NCBI GenBank assembly: GCA_965230295.1
Contig: OZ246001.1
Location: 352,001 to 416,000 of the forward strand
DNA length: 64,000 nucleotides
Source of the DNA: Marinicella sp.
GTDB lineage: Bacteria > Pseudomonadota > Gammaproteobacteria > Xanthomonadales > Marinicellaceae
Reading direction: 5' to 3'
Below the pieces are notes generated by a model. That model ran no database searches, had not been told where the DNA came from, and worked only from the letters and a program-made list of their open reading frames with translations. The position numbers and the translations under genes are program-made. Of this stretch, positions 50,706 to 60,835 are shown piece by piece. The stretch's first letter is position 1. Every line of letters starts with the position of its first letter.

Positions 50706-51083
50706 TTATCCAAGTAAAAGGGTTGATATCGCGTATACACTGCTCATCATCATCACAATCATGAGCAATTTGGTCAAATATTGCAGGGTAATGTTGATCG
50801 CATGGTTATGAACATAATCTTCCAAAACCACCTGAATCCCTAAAGTTCCATGGTAACTGCCTGCCAGAACAAACAGCAAAGTCACACCTGCATTAACCGG
50901 ACTGCCCAGCCACGCTGTAACAGACGAGGCATCCAAGTTAGGTAAACCAGCCAAACTGAATAACACATATAGACCACAGGGAATCAACAAAACAGCACTC
51001 ATGCGCTGCATCCACCAGTGTCCAAAACCATGTTTGGCGGTACCCAAACCTTTGACTTTTGCCATGTCAGATTGATAACTCAT
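50706..51083 (-). CDS. sdhD: Succinate dehydrogenase membrane anchor
   Basis: [30 protein letters not shown]. Confidence 0.95.
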   Translation of the reverse strand: MSYQSDMAKVKGLGTAKHGFGHWWMQRMSAVLLIPCGLYVLFSLAGLPNLDASSVTAWLGSPVNAGVTLLFVLAGSYHGTLGIQVVLEDYVHNHAINITLQYLTKLLMIVMMMSSVYAISTLLLG

Positions 51084-51092
51084 GGTGACCTC

Positions 51093-51470
51093 CTAGCGAC
51101 TCAAAAAGTAGACAGCTACAGTCAACAAAACTGCTGCCAATAAAACCAAATAACCTGATCGGTAAACCGCAGGGATTGAATACCCTTTGCCCACATCCCA
51201 GAACAAGTGTCTGATGCCGTTACATAGGTGGTAGGCAAATGCAAACACCCAGGCATACAACAAAACCATGCCAAAAGTTGATTGGAAGAATACAATCACA
51301 TTATCTGCTGCACCTGTGTCAGTGGCCAATACATAGAGCCAATAGATAAAAACAACCATCCCAAAGGACAAAAACAAGCCTGTTAAGCGATGGGTGATTG
51401 ACATCATGGATGTCAATTGTGGCTTGTACACCTGCAAATGTGGTGACAAGGGTCTGTGAGTTTTGTTCAT
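51093..51470 (-). CDS. sdhC: Succinate dehydrogenase cytochrome b556 subunit
   Basis: RPLSPHLQVY, SITHRLTG, YHLCNGIRHLFWD. Confidence 0.96.
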   Translation of the reverse strand: MNKTHRPLSPHLQVYKPQLTSMMSITHRLTGLFLSFGMVVFIYWLYVLATDTGAADNVIVFFQSTFGMVLLYAWVFAFAYHLCNGIRHLFWDVGKGYSIPAVYRSGYLVLLAAVLLTVAVYFLSR

Positions 51471-51503
51471 GAATTACCCCTAATTGTGATTCATTCTGAA
51501 GGT

Positions 51504-51662
51504 CTAAAAATCTATGCAACGCCCATTCTTTTCCCAATCACCGTAACGAGTCGGGTCTAAACCGTCTTTTCGACCACCGATTTCCTTGCGAGGAGGCACT
51601 GGCTGCTGATCTGGTTTATTTGATTCTGGCTGCTTTTCTTTGCTGCTTTTTTCTGGTTTCAT
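51504..51662 (-). CDS. DUF1674 / SDHAF4-like SDH assembly factor (52 aa)
   Basis: Not in the ORF track; manual translation MKPEKSSKEKQPESNKPDQQPVPPRKEIGGRKDGLDPTRYGDWEKNGRCIDF carries the EIGG..G.DPTRYGDWE..GR..DF signature. Confidence 0.92.
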   Translation of the reverse strand: MKPEKSSKEKQPESNKPDQQPVPPRKEIGGRKDGLDPTRYGDWEKNGRCIDF

Positions 51663-51806
51663 AATGGCGCTTATTGTAAGCTACATGCTGTAGAAATTAT
51701 GTCGGTGAGATGCCAACGAAATCTTGTCATACATACAACACCTACACTTGAAATCACACCCAAGTGTAACCACTTTAAGTGAGGCAAATTATAGCACCTT
51801 AACCAG

Positions 51807-52532
51807 ATGAATAAAACCACCAATCCAATGACACAAGACCAGAACAATTATCCAATCGATGTCTTTGAAATAACCGGAAATGATGCCGTTACCTTTTTGA
51901 ACAACCAAGTGTTGTCGGAACTCAATCGCCTCAGCGACACCACCGTTTTCACAGCCATCTGCAACCCCAAAGGACGCATCCTTTTCAGTTGTATTTTAAA
52001 AATACAAGAAAATCAGGTTTTGGCTGCAGTGGATGCCAGTTTAGGTGACAATTTTTTGCAATATATCAACATGCGGCGCTTTCGCATGGATTTCGAGATA
52101 AAAAAGTCAAAATACAGCATGCTTTTTGATGCAGCCGTAAATGTCCCCAATGTCAATGAACACATCATTTTCACCGACCAACCTGACAACACCCTTAATA
52201 CCAAAGATTTTTGGCTGTTTATGATGAGATCGGGATTGCCCTGGGTCACTGCAGAAACTTCTGAAAAATTCATCCCTCAGTATGTCAATCTTGACCAAAA
52301 CAACATCATAGCTTTCGATAAAGGCTGTTATCCAGGCCAAGAAATTGTTGCCAGGCTTCACTTTTTGGGAAAAGTTAAGAAAAGGATGCAAACCATACAA
52401 TACGAAGGTCCTGAACAATTGCCCCTGGAAGCCATCAGGAAAATACCCAATTTGACTCAGGTTGAGTCGCTTTGTTCACCTGCCTTTCAAGAGGGGGCAA
52501 AATGGACCTGCCAAGCAATCATTAAACTATAA
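51807..52532 (+). CDS. ygfZ: Folate-binding Fe-S/tRNA-modification protein YgfZ (short form)
   Basis: GNDAVTFL, NPKGR, FDKGCYPGQEIVAR signature. Confidence 0.92.
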   Translation: MNKTTNPMTQDQNNYPIDVFEITGNDAVTFLNNQVLSELNRLSDTTVFTAICNPKGRILFSCILKIQENQVLAAVDASLGDNFLQYINMRRFRMDFEIKKSKYSMLFDAAVNVPNVNEHIIFTDQPDNTLNTKDFWLFMMRSGLPWVTAETSEKFIPQYVNLDQNNIIAFDKGCYPGQEIVARLHFLGKVKKRMQTIQYEGPEQLPLEAIRKIPNLTQVESLCSPAFQEGAKWTCQAIIKL

Positions 52533-52675
52533 TTGGAAGGTATTTCAAGACCTTACTGAACTTTCACAAACTAATTTGTGTCCAACCATTTGTATGTAGT
52601 TGTGATTGTGTTTATACCTGTCTGCATGCTACTATCATAAATAGTAAAAAAATGTGTATTAAAGGTGGGACTTAT

Positions 52676-53470
52676 ATGAAAGCAAGTAAATTCTTCGTGT
52701 GGCTGTTGTTATTCAGCTTTGTTACAGTCAGTAACAGCCAAACCGTCACTTTAGCCGTGGAAGCCGTTTACCCTAAGGATCAAGCCGAATTTGTCTATGA
52801 ACCATTGAAGAATTGGCTGGAAAAGAAAACCGGTTTAACCGTCGAGATTGAAAGCGCCGACAACTACTATTTTTATTGGCGTTCTGCCAAAAACCAAGAG
52901 CCAGATTTCACCTTAGATGCTTCACATGTGGCTGCCTACCGAATGAACGAAAAAAATTATGTCCCATTGGCTCGGGTTCAAGAAGACATTTCTTACCACC
53001 TCATTTCAAATTTCGAACCCGCTGAAGGCCAAAGTATCGGTGAATTTTTGGTGGGAGAACGGGTGGTGACCTTGCCAAACCCCAACATGGGTTCCATTTT
53101 ATTTGACCAATGGTTTACTGATTTGTTTTTACAGCCGCAAAAAATTGTGACCGCCTTATCTTGGGAAGATGTGATTGAACAAGTGTTTGCACAAAACGCC
53201 AATGCCGCCATCATTCCCAGCTCATTGTTTGATCTATATCCCAACTTTCTGTCATTGAGAGAAAGTGAAAAAATGCCTGGTGCCACTTTCCTGGCATCAC
53301 CTTTGGTCAGCCCCCAAATACAACAGTCCTTCAAAGATGCCATCATGAGTATTGGTGAAGATGATGAATCATTTGACATTCTAGCAGAGTTAAATTCTGA
53401 TGGATTTATTGAGGTTGATGCTAAAAACTATGAAAATTTGGCCGAACTTTTGACTGGATTATTGTACTGA
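52676..53470 (+). CDS. PhnD/SsuA-like periplasmic binding protein (no transporter adjacent)
   Basis: Signal peptide; YEPLKNWLEKKTGLTVEI and ANAAII patterns of phosphonate-binding-like proteins. Start set at ATG 52676 (the ORF track starts at 52652). Confidence 0.65.
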   Translation: MKASKFFVWLLLFSFVTVSNSQTVTLAVEAVYPKDQAEFVYEPLKNWLEKKTGLTVEIESADNYYFYWRSAKNQEPDFTLDASHVAAYRMNEKNYVPLARVQEDISYHLISNFEPAEGQSIGEFLVGERVVTLPNPNMGSILFDQWFTDLFLQPQKIVTALSWEDVIEQVFAQNANAAIIPSSLFDLYPNFLSLRESEKMPGATFLASPLVSPQIQQSFKDAIMSIGEDDESFDILAELNSDGFIEVDAKNYENLAELLTGLLY

Positions 53471-53542
53471 GTCACAGTTTTTTAAAATTAAATCAGTTAT
53501 GGTCATTATCAGAGCATTGAAATACTTGTACTGAGGATTAAC

Positions 53543-53929
53543 ATGGGTACAATTTACCACATGAGCGAAAATAGCAACCACGAACGACGGCGATTCACCC
53601 GCATTCCTTTGATTAAGGACGTCATTCTCTATTCAGGCATGGAAGCACTGTCATCACAAATTTTGGATTTGTCCCTGAAAGGTGCTCTCTTAACTTGCCC
53701 AGAAAACCACCAACCAGAAATTGGTGAATTGTATCGATTAAGCATTCCTATTGAGAATTCACCAGCCATCATCATGAACATAGAAGTCATTCACACCAAC
53801 AATGAAACTTTTGGTGCAGAGTGGACCCAGATTGATATGGACAGTTTCGCAGTATTAAAAAGAACGATCGAATTGAACATCAAGGAAAAAGAAAGTTTAA
53901 GGAAAGACATCAAAACCCTGTCTGAATAA
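53543..53929 (+). CDS. Single-domain PilZ protein
   Basis: ERRRFTRI (RxxxR) and DLSLKGA (DxSxxG) c-di-GMP-binding motifs. Confidence 0.88.
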   Translation: MGTIYHMSENSNHERRRFTRIPLIKDVILYSGMEALSSQILDLSLKGALLTCPENHQPEIGELYRLSIPIENSPAIIMNIEVIHTNNETFGAEWTQIDMDSFAVLKRTIELNIKEKESLRKDIKTLSE

Positions 53930-53937
53930 CCACCACA

Positions 53938-54714
53938 TCATTTTTCTGCCACCACATAACACACCCAACCAGCATCAGCTGTACCTTCAGTGGATTTGGT
54001 GTATATACCATCACCCTCTCCCGTTTCATCGTCCGTACCTTCCCAATACACATCAGCCGTTTTAAACCCGGCTTTTAGCAACATGTTGGTGATTTCCGGC
54101 AAGGTCCATAAACGCCAGTAATAATCAAACGCTTTGTCCATCCGAACCCCTTCATCGGTCACAAAATGGATATAACATTGCATTTGAGAGTTGATGGGAT
54201 TAAAACTGGCTTGTTCCCAGATGTAGGTAAAGCCATCGCACTCACGCTCTTCTTTCAATTCTTTGGCTGCTTCATACCCACCAAAAGCATCGAGAAAGAA
54301 CACACCGTCTTGATTCAAAGAATCCCTGACGGATTTGAAGTATCGAATCATCAAATCTCGTTCCATGAAGATAAAGTAACTGAAATTCATGGCCAGAACC
54401 ACATCAAGGTTTTCTGCACCTGCTGACATCACATCAGCCTCCAATAATTTAATGCGGCTTTGCTGTTCTGGAGTCAATTCTGCAATGTTATTCTGTCTTC
54501 CCCATTGCAATACCAGTGGATCCAAGTCAACACCCCAAGCCAGGTTTTCATCGCCCCTTCCTATCCATTCACAAGCTGTTTGAGCCGTACCGCAAAAGTC
54601 TTCCCGGAGTCTTATGGCAGGACGCCCTTTGATGTCACGGTAAGTGGCTTCAACAAAATCAATTTCAGCTTCTACACACTGGACTGCATTTTGATACAAA
54701 TAATGTTTATCCAA
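53938..54714 (-). CDS. Class I SAM-dependent methyltransferase
   Basis: REDFCGTA, GVDLD, NFSY, LNQDGVFFLD. Confidence 0.85.
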   Translation of the reverse strand: MDKHYLYQNAVQCVEAEIDFVEATYRDIKGRPAIRLREDFCGTAQTACEWIGRGDENLAWGVDLDPLVLQWGRQNNIAELTPEQQSRIKLLEADVMSAGAENLDVVLAMNFSYFIFMERDLMIRYFKSVRDSLNQDGVFFLDAFGGYEAAKELKEERECDGFTYIWEQASFNPINSQMQCYIHFVTDEGVRMDKAFDYYWRLWTLPEITNMLLKAGFKTADVYWEGTDDETGEGDGIYTKSTEGTADAGWVCYVVAEK

Positions 54715-54721
54715 CGGACAC

Positions 54722-55774
54722 TTACCTCAGTCTTGCATTCAACTGATCAAGCACACTGGATCCTGGGCACAGCTCAGCTTGGCTCAATGCATTCAGTGGT
54801 TTGGCAACTGTGCGTATACTCCTGTGGGTATCAGGTTCTGACTCGTTGTGATAAATCAAACCAGTGAGGATTTTTTGTTCTTCTTTGACTGACTCAATGC
54901 GATCCATGGCCGCTCTGCGACTGGTTAAATCATAATCCTCGGCATTCTTTTGCAAAATCAATTCGCTGCCATCATGTAGCTGAACCTGTCGAGAACTGCC
55001 CGCAGGGTAATCCAGGGTTATGGTTGATCTTTCAGGGATGAAATCAATGGCACCTGTCGCTTCCATGTGGTCTCTGACCCATTCATAACCTTTGGTAGAA
55101 CTGGGGGTGTTGTTGAATGTTACACAGGGTGATACCACATCAATAAAGGCGAAACCCGGATGTTTAATCGCCGCTTTGATCAGGGGAATCAACTGTTTTT
55201 TATCACCTGAAAAACTTCTGGCCACCATGCCAGCACCCAGTTGTAATGCCATCTGACATAAGTCGATAGACTCAAACAAACTGGGAACGCCTTTTTTACC
55301 CGCAGAACCTTTGTCAGCTGTGGCTGAGTCCTGACCTTTGGTTAATCCATAACAACCATTGTTCATGACCAGATAAACCATGTTCAAGTTGCGGCGCACC
55401 ACATGAGCAAACTGCCCCATCCCAATGGAAGCCGTATCACCATCTCCTGAGACACCAATGTAAAGCAAATCTCGGTTGGCCATGTTGGCGCCAGTGGTGA
55501 CTGATGGCATGCGCCCATGAACCGAGTTAAACCCATGCGCTTTACCTAAAAAATAAGTGGGGGTTTTTGAAGAACATCCTATACCTGAAATTTTGGCAAT
55601 TTTGTGTGGTTCCAGATTCAAATCAAAACATGATTTGATGATGGCTGCACTGATTGAATCATGACCACAGCCGGCACACAAAGTGGACAATGCACCTTCA
55701 TAGTTTTTGATGGAGTAGCCTTTGTCATTGGTGTGGTTTTCCGGGTGTCTGAAGTTGGGTCTGATGAATGTCAT
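54722..55774 (-). CDS. 2-oxoacid:ferredoxin oxidoreductase beta subunit
   Basis: LCAGCGHD, SGIGCS, HGR, TPP motif GDGD...NN, YGLTKGQ, SPCVTFN. Confidence 0.95.
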   Translation of the reverse strand: MTFIRPNFRHPENHTNDKGYSIKNYEGALSTLCAGCGHDSISAAIIKSCFDLNLEPHKIAKISGIGCSSKTPTYFLGKAHGFNSVHGRMPSVTTGANMANRDLLYIGVSGDGDTASIGMGQFAHVVRRNLNMVYLVMNNGCYGLTKGQDSATADKGSAGKKGVPSLFESIDLCQMALQLGAGMVARSFSGDKKQLIPLIKAAIKHPGFAFIDVVSPCVTFNNTPSSTKGYEWVRDHMEATGAIDFIPERSTITLDYPAGSSRQVQLHDGSELILQKNAEDYDLTSRRAAMDRIESVKEEQKILTGLIYHNESEPDTHRSIRTVAKPLNALSQAELCPGSSVLDQLNARLR

Positions 55775-55775
55775 T

Positions 55776-57614
55776 TCAGGCCTCCTGTTGTATGTCAGTG
55801 ATTGAAATTTTATCTAAATGGCGCTGAATTTCAGACACCAAGAATGAAGCGGTTATTGGCATACCATCAATATTGAGGATCGGGATGATTTTGTTAGGAT
55901 CAGTCGCCAACTCATTGACCAACAGCGTTTTCATTTGAGCGTCACGATTTTGCTCAATCACAAAAACCACTTCATGTTCATCAATGAATCTTTGCACTTC
56001 ATCACCAAAAGGAAATGCTTTGATCCGCATGGCATCTATTGTTTGCTTACTGCGCAGTTGATCCAAAGCTTCTTTACTTGAATATTCACTGGTGCCAAAG
56101 TAAACCACACCAATTTTGCAATCATGACCTGAGACTTCAGCGGCTGGCACAATTTGCTTGGCCGTGTTCCATTTAACCAACAATCGTTGCATGCCTTCGG
56201 CATAAACTTCACCATCTTCGGTATACACGGCATATTCATCATGTGAAGAACCCCGGGTGAAGAAGGATCCCTTTTCAGGGTGGGTTCCTGGAATGGTGCG
56301 ATAAGGGATGCCGTCACCATCAACATCCAAATACCGGCCCCAACGCTCACTTAAGTCAGACAATTGTTGTTCATTCAGGACCTTACCTCGGTCATAAACC
56401 CGGTCGTCATCCCACTCTATAGGATCGCATTGGTGTATGTTCATTCCCAGGTCTAAATCACTCATCATGATGACCGGGGTTTGTAAGCGTTCAGCCAAAT
56501 CAAAACCTTCCACCGTCATTTCAAAGCATTCTTTGGGGTTGGCTGGAAACAACAAGACATGCTTGGTGTCTCCATGCGAAGCGTACGCTGCTGCCAATAA
56601 GTCTGATTGCTGGGTTCTGGTGGGCATACCCGTACTGGGCCCAGTGCGTTGAATGTCCATCAACATCACCGGTATCTCGGCAAAATAGGCCAACCCCAAA
56701 AACTCACTCATCAGTGACACACCGGGTCCTGAAGTGGCAGTAAAAGCCCTGGCTCCATTCCAACTGGCTCCAATGACGATGCCGATGGCTGCCAATTCAT
56801 CTTCAGCCTGAACAATAGCAAATTTATTGTCACCGGTTTCAGGGTCCACTCGGTAAGCCATGCAATACTTTTCAAAGGCTTCAACCACAGAAGTAGATGG
56901 TGTTATCGGGTACCAGCCTGCAACCGTGGCACCGGCAAAAACCGCACCCAAACCTGCCGCTGCATTGCCCTCCATAAGGATTTGGTCGCCATTCAAATCA
57001 CGGCGATGGATGTTGAGTTTACAGGCGTCTTTGTGGTGCTTTTGGGCATAATCAAATCCCAGCTTGAGTGCTTTGATGTTTGGCTCAATCAGCTTGGCCT
57101 TTTTGGCAAATTGGGATTTGATGGAATCTTCAAACACCGTAAAGTCCATTTCAAACAGATAAGCCAAAGCACCCACATAAATGATGTTTTTAAATATTTG
57201 ACGCTGTCTGGGATCGGTGTAATTGGCATTACATAAATCGGTTAGAGGAATGCCGATGTTGATCACGTCATCACGGGTGAAGGTGTCTGGCAGCCGCCTG
57301 GATGAATCGTAAAAGAAATAACCCCCTGGTAACAATTCGTGGTAATCCCTGACCATGGTTTGCCCATTGACGGCAACAATGAAATCATACCCGCCTCGTC
57401 GACCTAAATAACCTTGTTCATTGATCCTGACTTCAAACCAAGTTGGTAACCCTTGGATGTTTGAAGGAAATATATTTTTCGAGGAAACCGGGATGCCTAG
57501 CCTGAACACCGCTTTATTGAATAAATTATTGGCAGAAGCCGAACCGGAACCATTGACATTGGCAAACCTGATGACAAAATCATTGGTGGCTTGTATAGCA
57601 GCCATGTCATTCAT
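55776..57614 (-). CDS. 2-oxoacid:ferredoxin oxidoreductase alpha subunit (gamma-alpha fusion)
   Basis: NVNGSGS, YPITPSTS, QAEDELAA, TSGPG, QRTGPSTGMPT. Confidence 0.95.
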   Translation of the reverse strand: MNDMAAIQATNDFVIRFANVNGSGSASANNLFNKAVFRLGIPVSSKNIFPSNIQGLPTWFEVRINEQGYLGRRGGYDFIVAVNGQTMVRDYHELLPGGYFFYDSSRRLPDTFTRDDVINIGIPLTDLCNANYTDPRQRQIFKNIIYVGALAYLFEMDFTVFEDSIKSQFAKKAKLIEPNIKALKLGFDYAQKHHKDACKLNIHRRDLNGDQILMEGNAAAGLGAVFAGATVAGWYPITPSTSVVEAFEKYCMAYRVDPETGDNKFAIVQAEDELAAIGIVIGASWNGARAFTATSGPGVSLMSEFLGLAYFAEIPVMLMDIQRTGPSTGMPTRTQQSDLLAAAYASHGDTKHVLLFPANPKECFEMTVEGFDLAERLQTPVIMMSDLDLGMNIHQCDPIEWDDDRVYDRGKVLNEQQLSDLSERWGRYLDVDGDGIPYRTIPGTHPEKGSFFTRGSSHDEYAVYTEDGEVYAEGMQRLLVKWNTAKQIVPAAEVSGHDCKIGVVYFGTSEYSSKEALDQLRSKQTIDAMRIKAFPFGDEVQRFIDEHEVVFVIEQNRDAQMKTLLVNELATDPNKIIPILNIDGMPITASFLVSEIQRHLDKISITDIQQEA

Positions 57615-59389
57615 AACTTGTCTCCGGCAGTGGCTTCATGGAGTAAAAACTTTTGCATATCCCAGGCTCCTGTTGGACACCGTTCAGCACATAGGCCACA
57701 GTGTAAACAAACATTTTCATCTTTGACCATGACCCGTTTGGTTTTAAGCGCATCTGAAACATACAAATCTTGGCTTTCATTGGTGGCTTTGACTTTCAAT
57801 TTATCACGCAATTGCGCTTCCTCATCATTGTCAATGAAATTGATACAATCCACAGGGCAAATGTCCTCACAAGCATCACACTCAATACAGCGATCTGTTT
57901 CAAATACGGTTTGTACATCACAATTGAGACAGCGCATCGCTTCTTCATAACCTTGTGATAAATCAAAACCCTTTTCTACTTCAAGTTTGCGGTCCGACAG
58001 GGCTTTGCCCTTGTCCACCAATGCCACTATATTGCGGTCATCATCAGAAATGTGCGCATCATACAGCCAGTCATGAAAACCCATTTTTTGGCTGACTAAG
58101 TTCACATCCGGAGCCGGCCTGTCAGTGGTCTTCAAGCCTGCACACAAATGATGGATCGAAATCGCAGCTTGGTGACCATGCGCCACCGCCGTGATCACAT
58201 TTTCCGGACCCCAGGCAGCATCACCACCCACAAAGATTTTGGGTACAGATGTCTGAAAGGTTGTTTTGTCTACTTCTGGCATGTCCCAATCATTAAACTC
58301 GATGCCAATGTCTCGTTCGATCCAGGGAAATGAATTCAACTGGCCAATGGCCATCAACACATCATCACATGGCATCATCACTTCCTCTCCTGTAGGCACC
58401 AATGTTCGTTTTCCATTGTCATCAAAGACGGGCTCTACCAGTTCAAACAACATGCCTGTTAAGCGACCATTTTCAGTGATGAATGCTTTGGGATTATGGT
58501 TTTCATACATGGGTATGTCTTCATGTTGGGCATCTTCGATTTCCCAAGGCGAAGCTTTCATGTCTGATTTTGGACTTCTGACCACCACACGGACATCCTT
58601 ACCGCCTAACCTGATGGCAGTCCGGCAACAATCCATGGCGGTGTTACCACCACCCAACACCAGTACATTCTTACCGATCTTATCAACGTGTTCAAAAGCC
58701 ACATTGGCCAACCAATCGATACCAATGTGAATATTGGCATCGCCTTCCTGGCGGCCAGGCAACTTGGGTAAATCACGCCCTCTGGGAGCGCCGGTGCCAA
58801 CGAAAATGGCATCATAATCTTTGTCCAACATGGCTTTCATGCTGGTCACTTCTTGATTGAAATGGGTCACCACACCCATATCCAATATGTAGTTGACTTC
58901 TTCATCTAATACAGATTCAGGCAAGCGAAAAGCAGGAATTTGGCTGCGCATGAACCCGCCACCTTTTTTCTGATCATCGTACAGGTCAATTTCATAGCCC
59001 AGAGGCATCAAATCTCTGGCCACCGTTAATGACGCCGGACCGGCCCCAATCAGCGCTATTTTTTTGCCATTTTTTTGTTCAGGAATTTCTGGCAAGCGTT
59101 CACTGATGTCGGTTTTGTTATCTGCTGCCACCCGTTTCAGTCGGCAAATGGCCACTGGCTCCTCTTCAACCCGCCCCCTTCTGCAAGCTGGTTCACAGGG
59201 CCTGTCACAAGTTCTACCCAAGACACCAGGGAAGACATTGGATTGCCAATTAATCATGTATGCATCATTGAATCTCCCTGCTGCTATGAGTCGAATGTAC
59301 TCTGGCACAGGGGTATGCGCTGGACAGGCATACTGGCAATCGACCACTTTGTGAAAATATTCTGGATCAGCAATATCAGTTGGTTTCAT
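57611..59389 (-). CDS. GltD-like FAD/NAD(P)H:ferredoxin oxidoreductase with C-terminal 2x[4Fe-4S] domain
   Basis: CQYACP, CDRPCEPAC, IGAGPA, GGGNTAMDC, CIECDACEDICP and CLHCGLCAERCP. Confidence 0.9.
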   Translation of the reverse strand: MKPTDIADPEYFHKVVDCQYACPAHTPVPEYIRLIAAGRFNDAYMINWQSNVFPGVLGRTCDRPCEPACRRGRVEEEPVAICRLKRVAADNKTDISERLPEIPEQKNGKKIALIGAGPASLTVARDLMPLGYEIDLYDDQKKGGGFMRSQIPAFRLPESVLDEEVNYILDMGVVTHFNQEVTSMKAMLDKDYDAIFVGTGAPRGRDLPKLPGRQEGDANIHIGIDWLANVAFEHVDKIGKNVLVLGGGNTAMDCCRTAIRLGGKDVRVVVRSPKSDMKASPWEIEDAQHEDIPMYENHNPKAFITENGRLTGMLFELVEPVFDDNGKRTLVPTGEEVMMPCDDVLMAIGQLNSFPWIERDIGIEFNDWDMPEVDKTTFQTSVPKIFVGGDAAWGPENVITAVAHGHQAAISIHHLCAGLKTTDRPAPDVNLVSQKMGFHDWLYDAHISDDDRNIVALVDKGKALSDRKLEVEKGFDLSQGYEEAMRCLNCDVQTVFETDRCIECDACEDICPVDCINFIDNDEEAQLRDKLKVKATNESQDLYVSDALKTKRVMVKDENVCLHCGLCAERCPTGAWDMQKFLLHEATAGDKL

Positions 59390-59419
59390 GTAAGCTTATC
59401 TCTCTAATATGGATAGTAT

Positions 59420-59896
59420 TTAAGGTTCCTTCGGGGTGTTTTTTTGGCAGACATCCCAAGCATCAACTTGGTAGCCACTTTCGAGTAAATAGATCAACCA
59501 TTTATTCAGGAAACAGTTTTGACTGTAACGTAAATCAGCCTGGTTTTGAATATCAACTTGGCCTCCCAATTGACGAAATTGTTTTTCGAACTCATTGGAA
59601 TAAACCAGTTCAGCCAATTGGGCATCGTGGTAAATCCTGATCACCAATGCATCAGAAACAGCCTCATCAAACAACATGCACATTGAAATCTCGGTGGTGA
59701 ATTTGAAGCGTTCCCTGATGGTAACTTGCAAGGTCGGCCTTGCAGTCAAGCTTGATTGATAAACATTGAATGTTTCTGACATTTGAGGTAACAAAGCCTT
59801 CAGCAAGCGATGGTTGTATTCATGTAACTGCATCAAACTGATGTTATGTCTGCGGACATATTGTCGATGCGTTAAATAATGTTCGGTCAAAATCAT
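59420..59896 (-). CDS. DUF1249 (YqiB-like) protein
   Basis: LMQLHEYNHRLL, KFTT, IRIYHDAQLAE, NCFLNKWL. Confidence 0.85.
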   Translation of the reverse strand: MILTEHYLTHRQYVRRHNISLMQLHEYNHRLLKALLPQMSETFNVYQSSLTARPTLQVTIRERFKFTTEISMCMLFDEAVSDALVIRIYHDAQLAELVYSNEFEKQFRQLGGQVDIQNQADLRYSQNCFLNKWLIYLLESGYQVDAWDVCQKNTPKEP

Positions 59897-60718
59897 CTAA
59901 TAAAGTCTTTTATTTAAGTCCAGGGCTATCATTATCTTACCCGAAATTTCTTCAATTGAGGTAAGAGTTGTGTTTAAAAATGGAATTTGATTGCGGTGAT
60001 AAATCACTTCAGCATCGCTGACCTCCATCTGACACTTCCGCAACTCGGCATACCTCGAATTGGGCCGCCGTTCGCCCCTGATTTGTGACAACCGGAAAGG
60101 ATCAATGGTTAAGCCGAACAATTTATCTTTGTGTTGCATCACATCATTGGGTAGCTTCATGCGCTCCAAATCCTCGTCAGTGATGGGGTAATTAGCCGCC
60201 TTCAGCCCATAGTGTAAAGCCAGATAAAGACAAGTAGGCGTTTTACCTGATCTGGAAACACCCAGCAAAATCAAATCAGCCTTTTGCAAATTCAAATTAA
60301 CACCATCATCATGAGACAGGGCAAAGTTGGTGGCTTCAATTCGGTCATTGTAAGAAGTGCTGTCAGACATGCCGTGGGTTCGACCCACACCTGGATCACT
60401 TTTGATGCCTAAATTCCGTTCAATGCGGCGCAACAATCGGTTAAATGGGTCTAACTTCAATCCACCAGCTGAATGGATGATTTTTCGTAACTCTATATCA
60501 ACCACAGTATTGATGACCAGCGGCTGGTAGTCTGACGGGGTATTTTTAATGATATCAGCTGCAGTTTGTGCAGATTGTTCATCATTGATAAAAGCCAAAC
60601 GACGTTCAATGAATTGGATGCCAGTGAACTGTGTGATCAAGCTTCTGCCAACCGTCTCAGCTGTAATGGCTGTGCCATCTGACACATAAAAGATGGCACA
60701 TTTATTATTTTCAGTCAT
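59897..60718 (-). CDS. ppsR: PEP synthase regulatory kinase/pyrophosphorylase
   Basis: VSDGTAITAET, HDDG, GVSRSGKTPT, SIEEI; divergent from ppsA. Confidence 0.95.
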   Translation of the reverse strand: MTENNKCAIFYVSDGTAITAETVGRSLITQFTGIQFIERRLAFINDEQSAQTAADIIKNTPSDYQPLVINTVVDIELRKIIHSAGGLKLDPFNRLLRRIERNLGIKSDPGVGRTHGMSDSTSYNDRIEATNFALSHDDGVNLNLQKADLILLGVSRSGKTPTCLYLALHYGLKAANYPITDEDLERMKLPNDVMQHKDKLFGLTIDPFRLSQIRGERRPNSRYAELRKCQMEVSDAEVIYHRNQIPFLNTTLTSIEEISGKIMIALDLNKRLY

Positions 60719-60835
60719 TGAATTGTTCTCATTCCTACTTTTTCAGCAAAAAATTGCAATTATCCTTGGCTGACTGTTTATGCCAACCTGTCTAAGATAT
60801 AGAATATACCACTTTTGTTAATCGCAGGGAAATTC

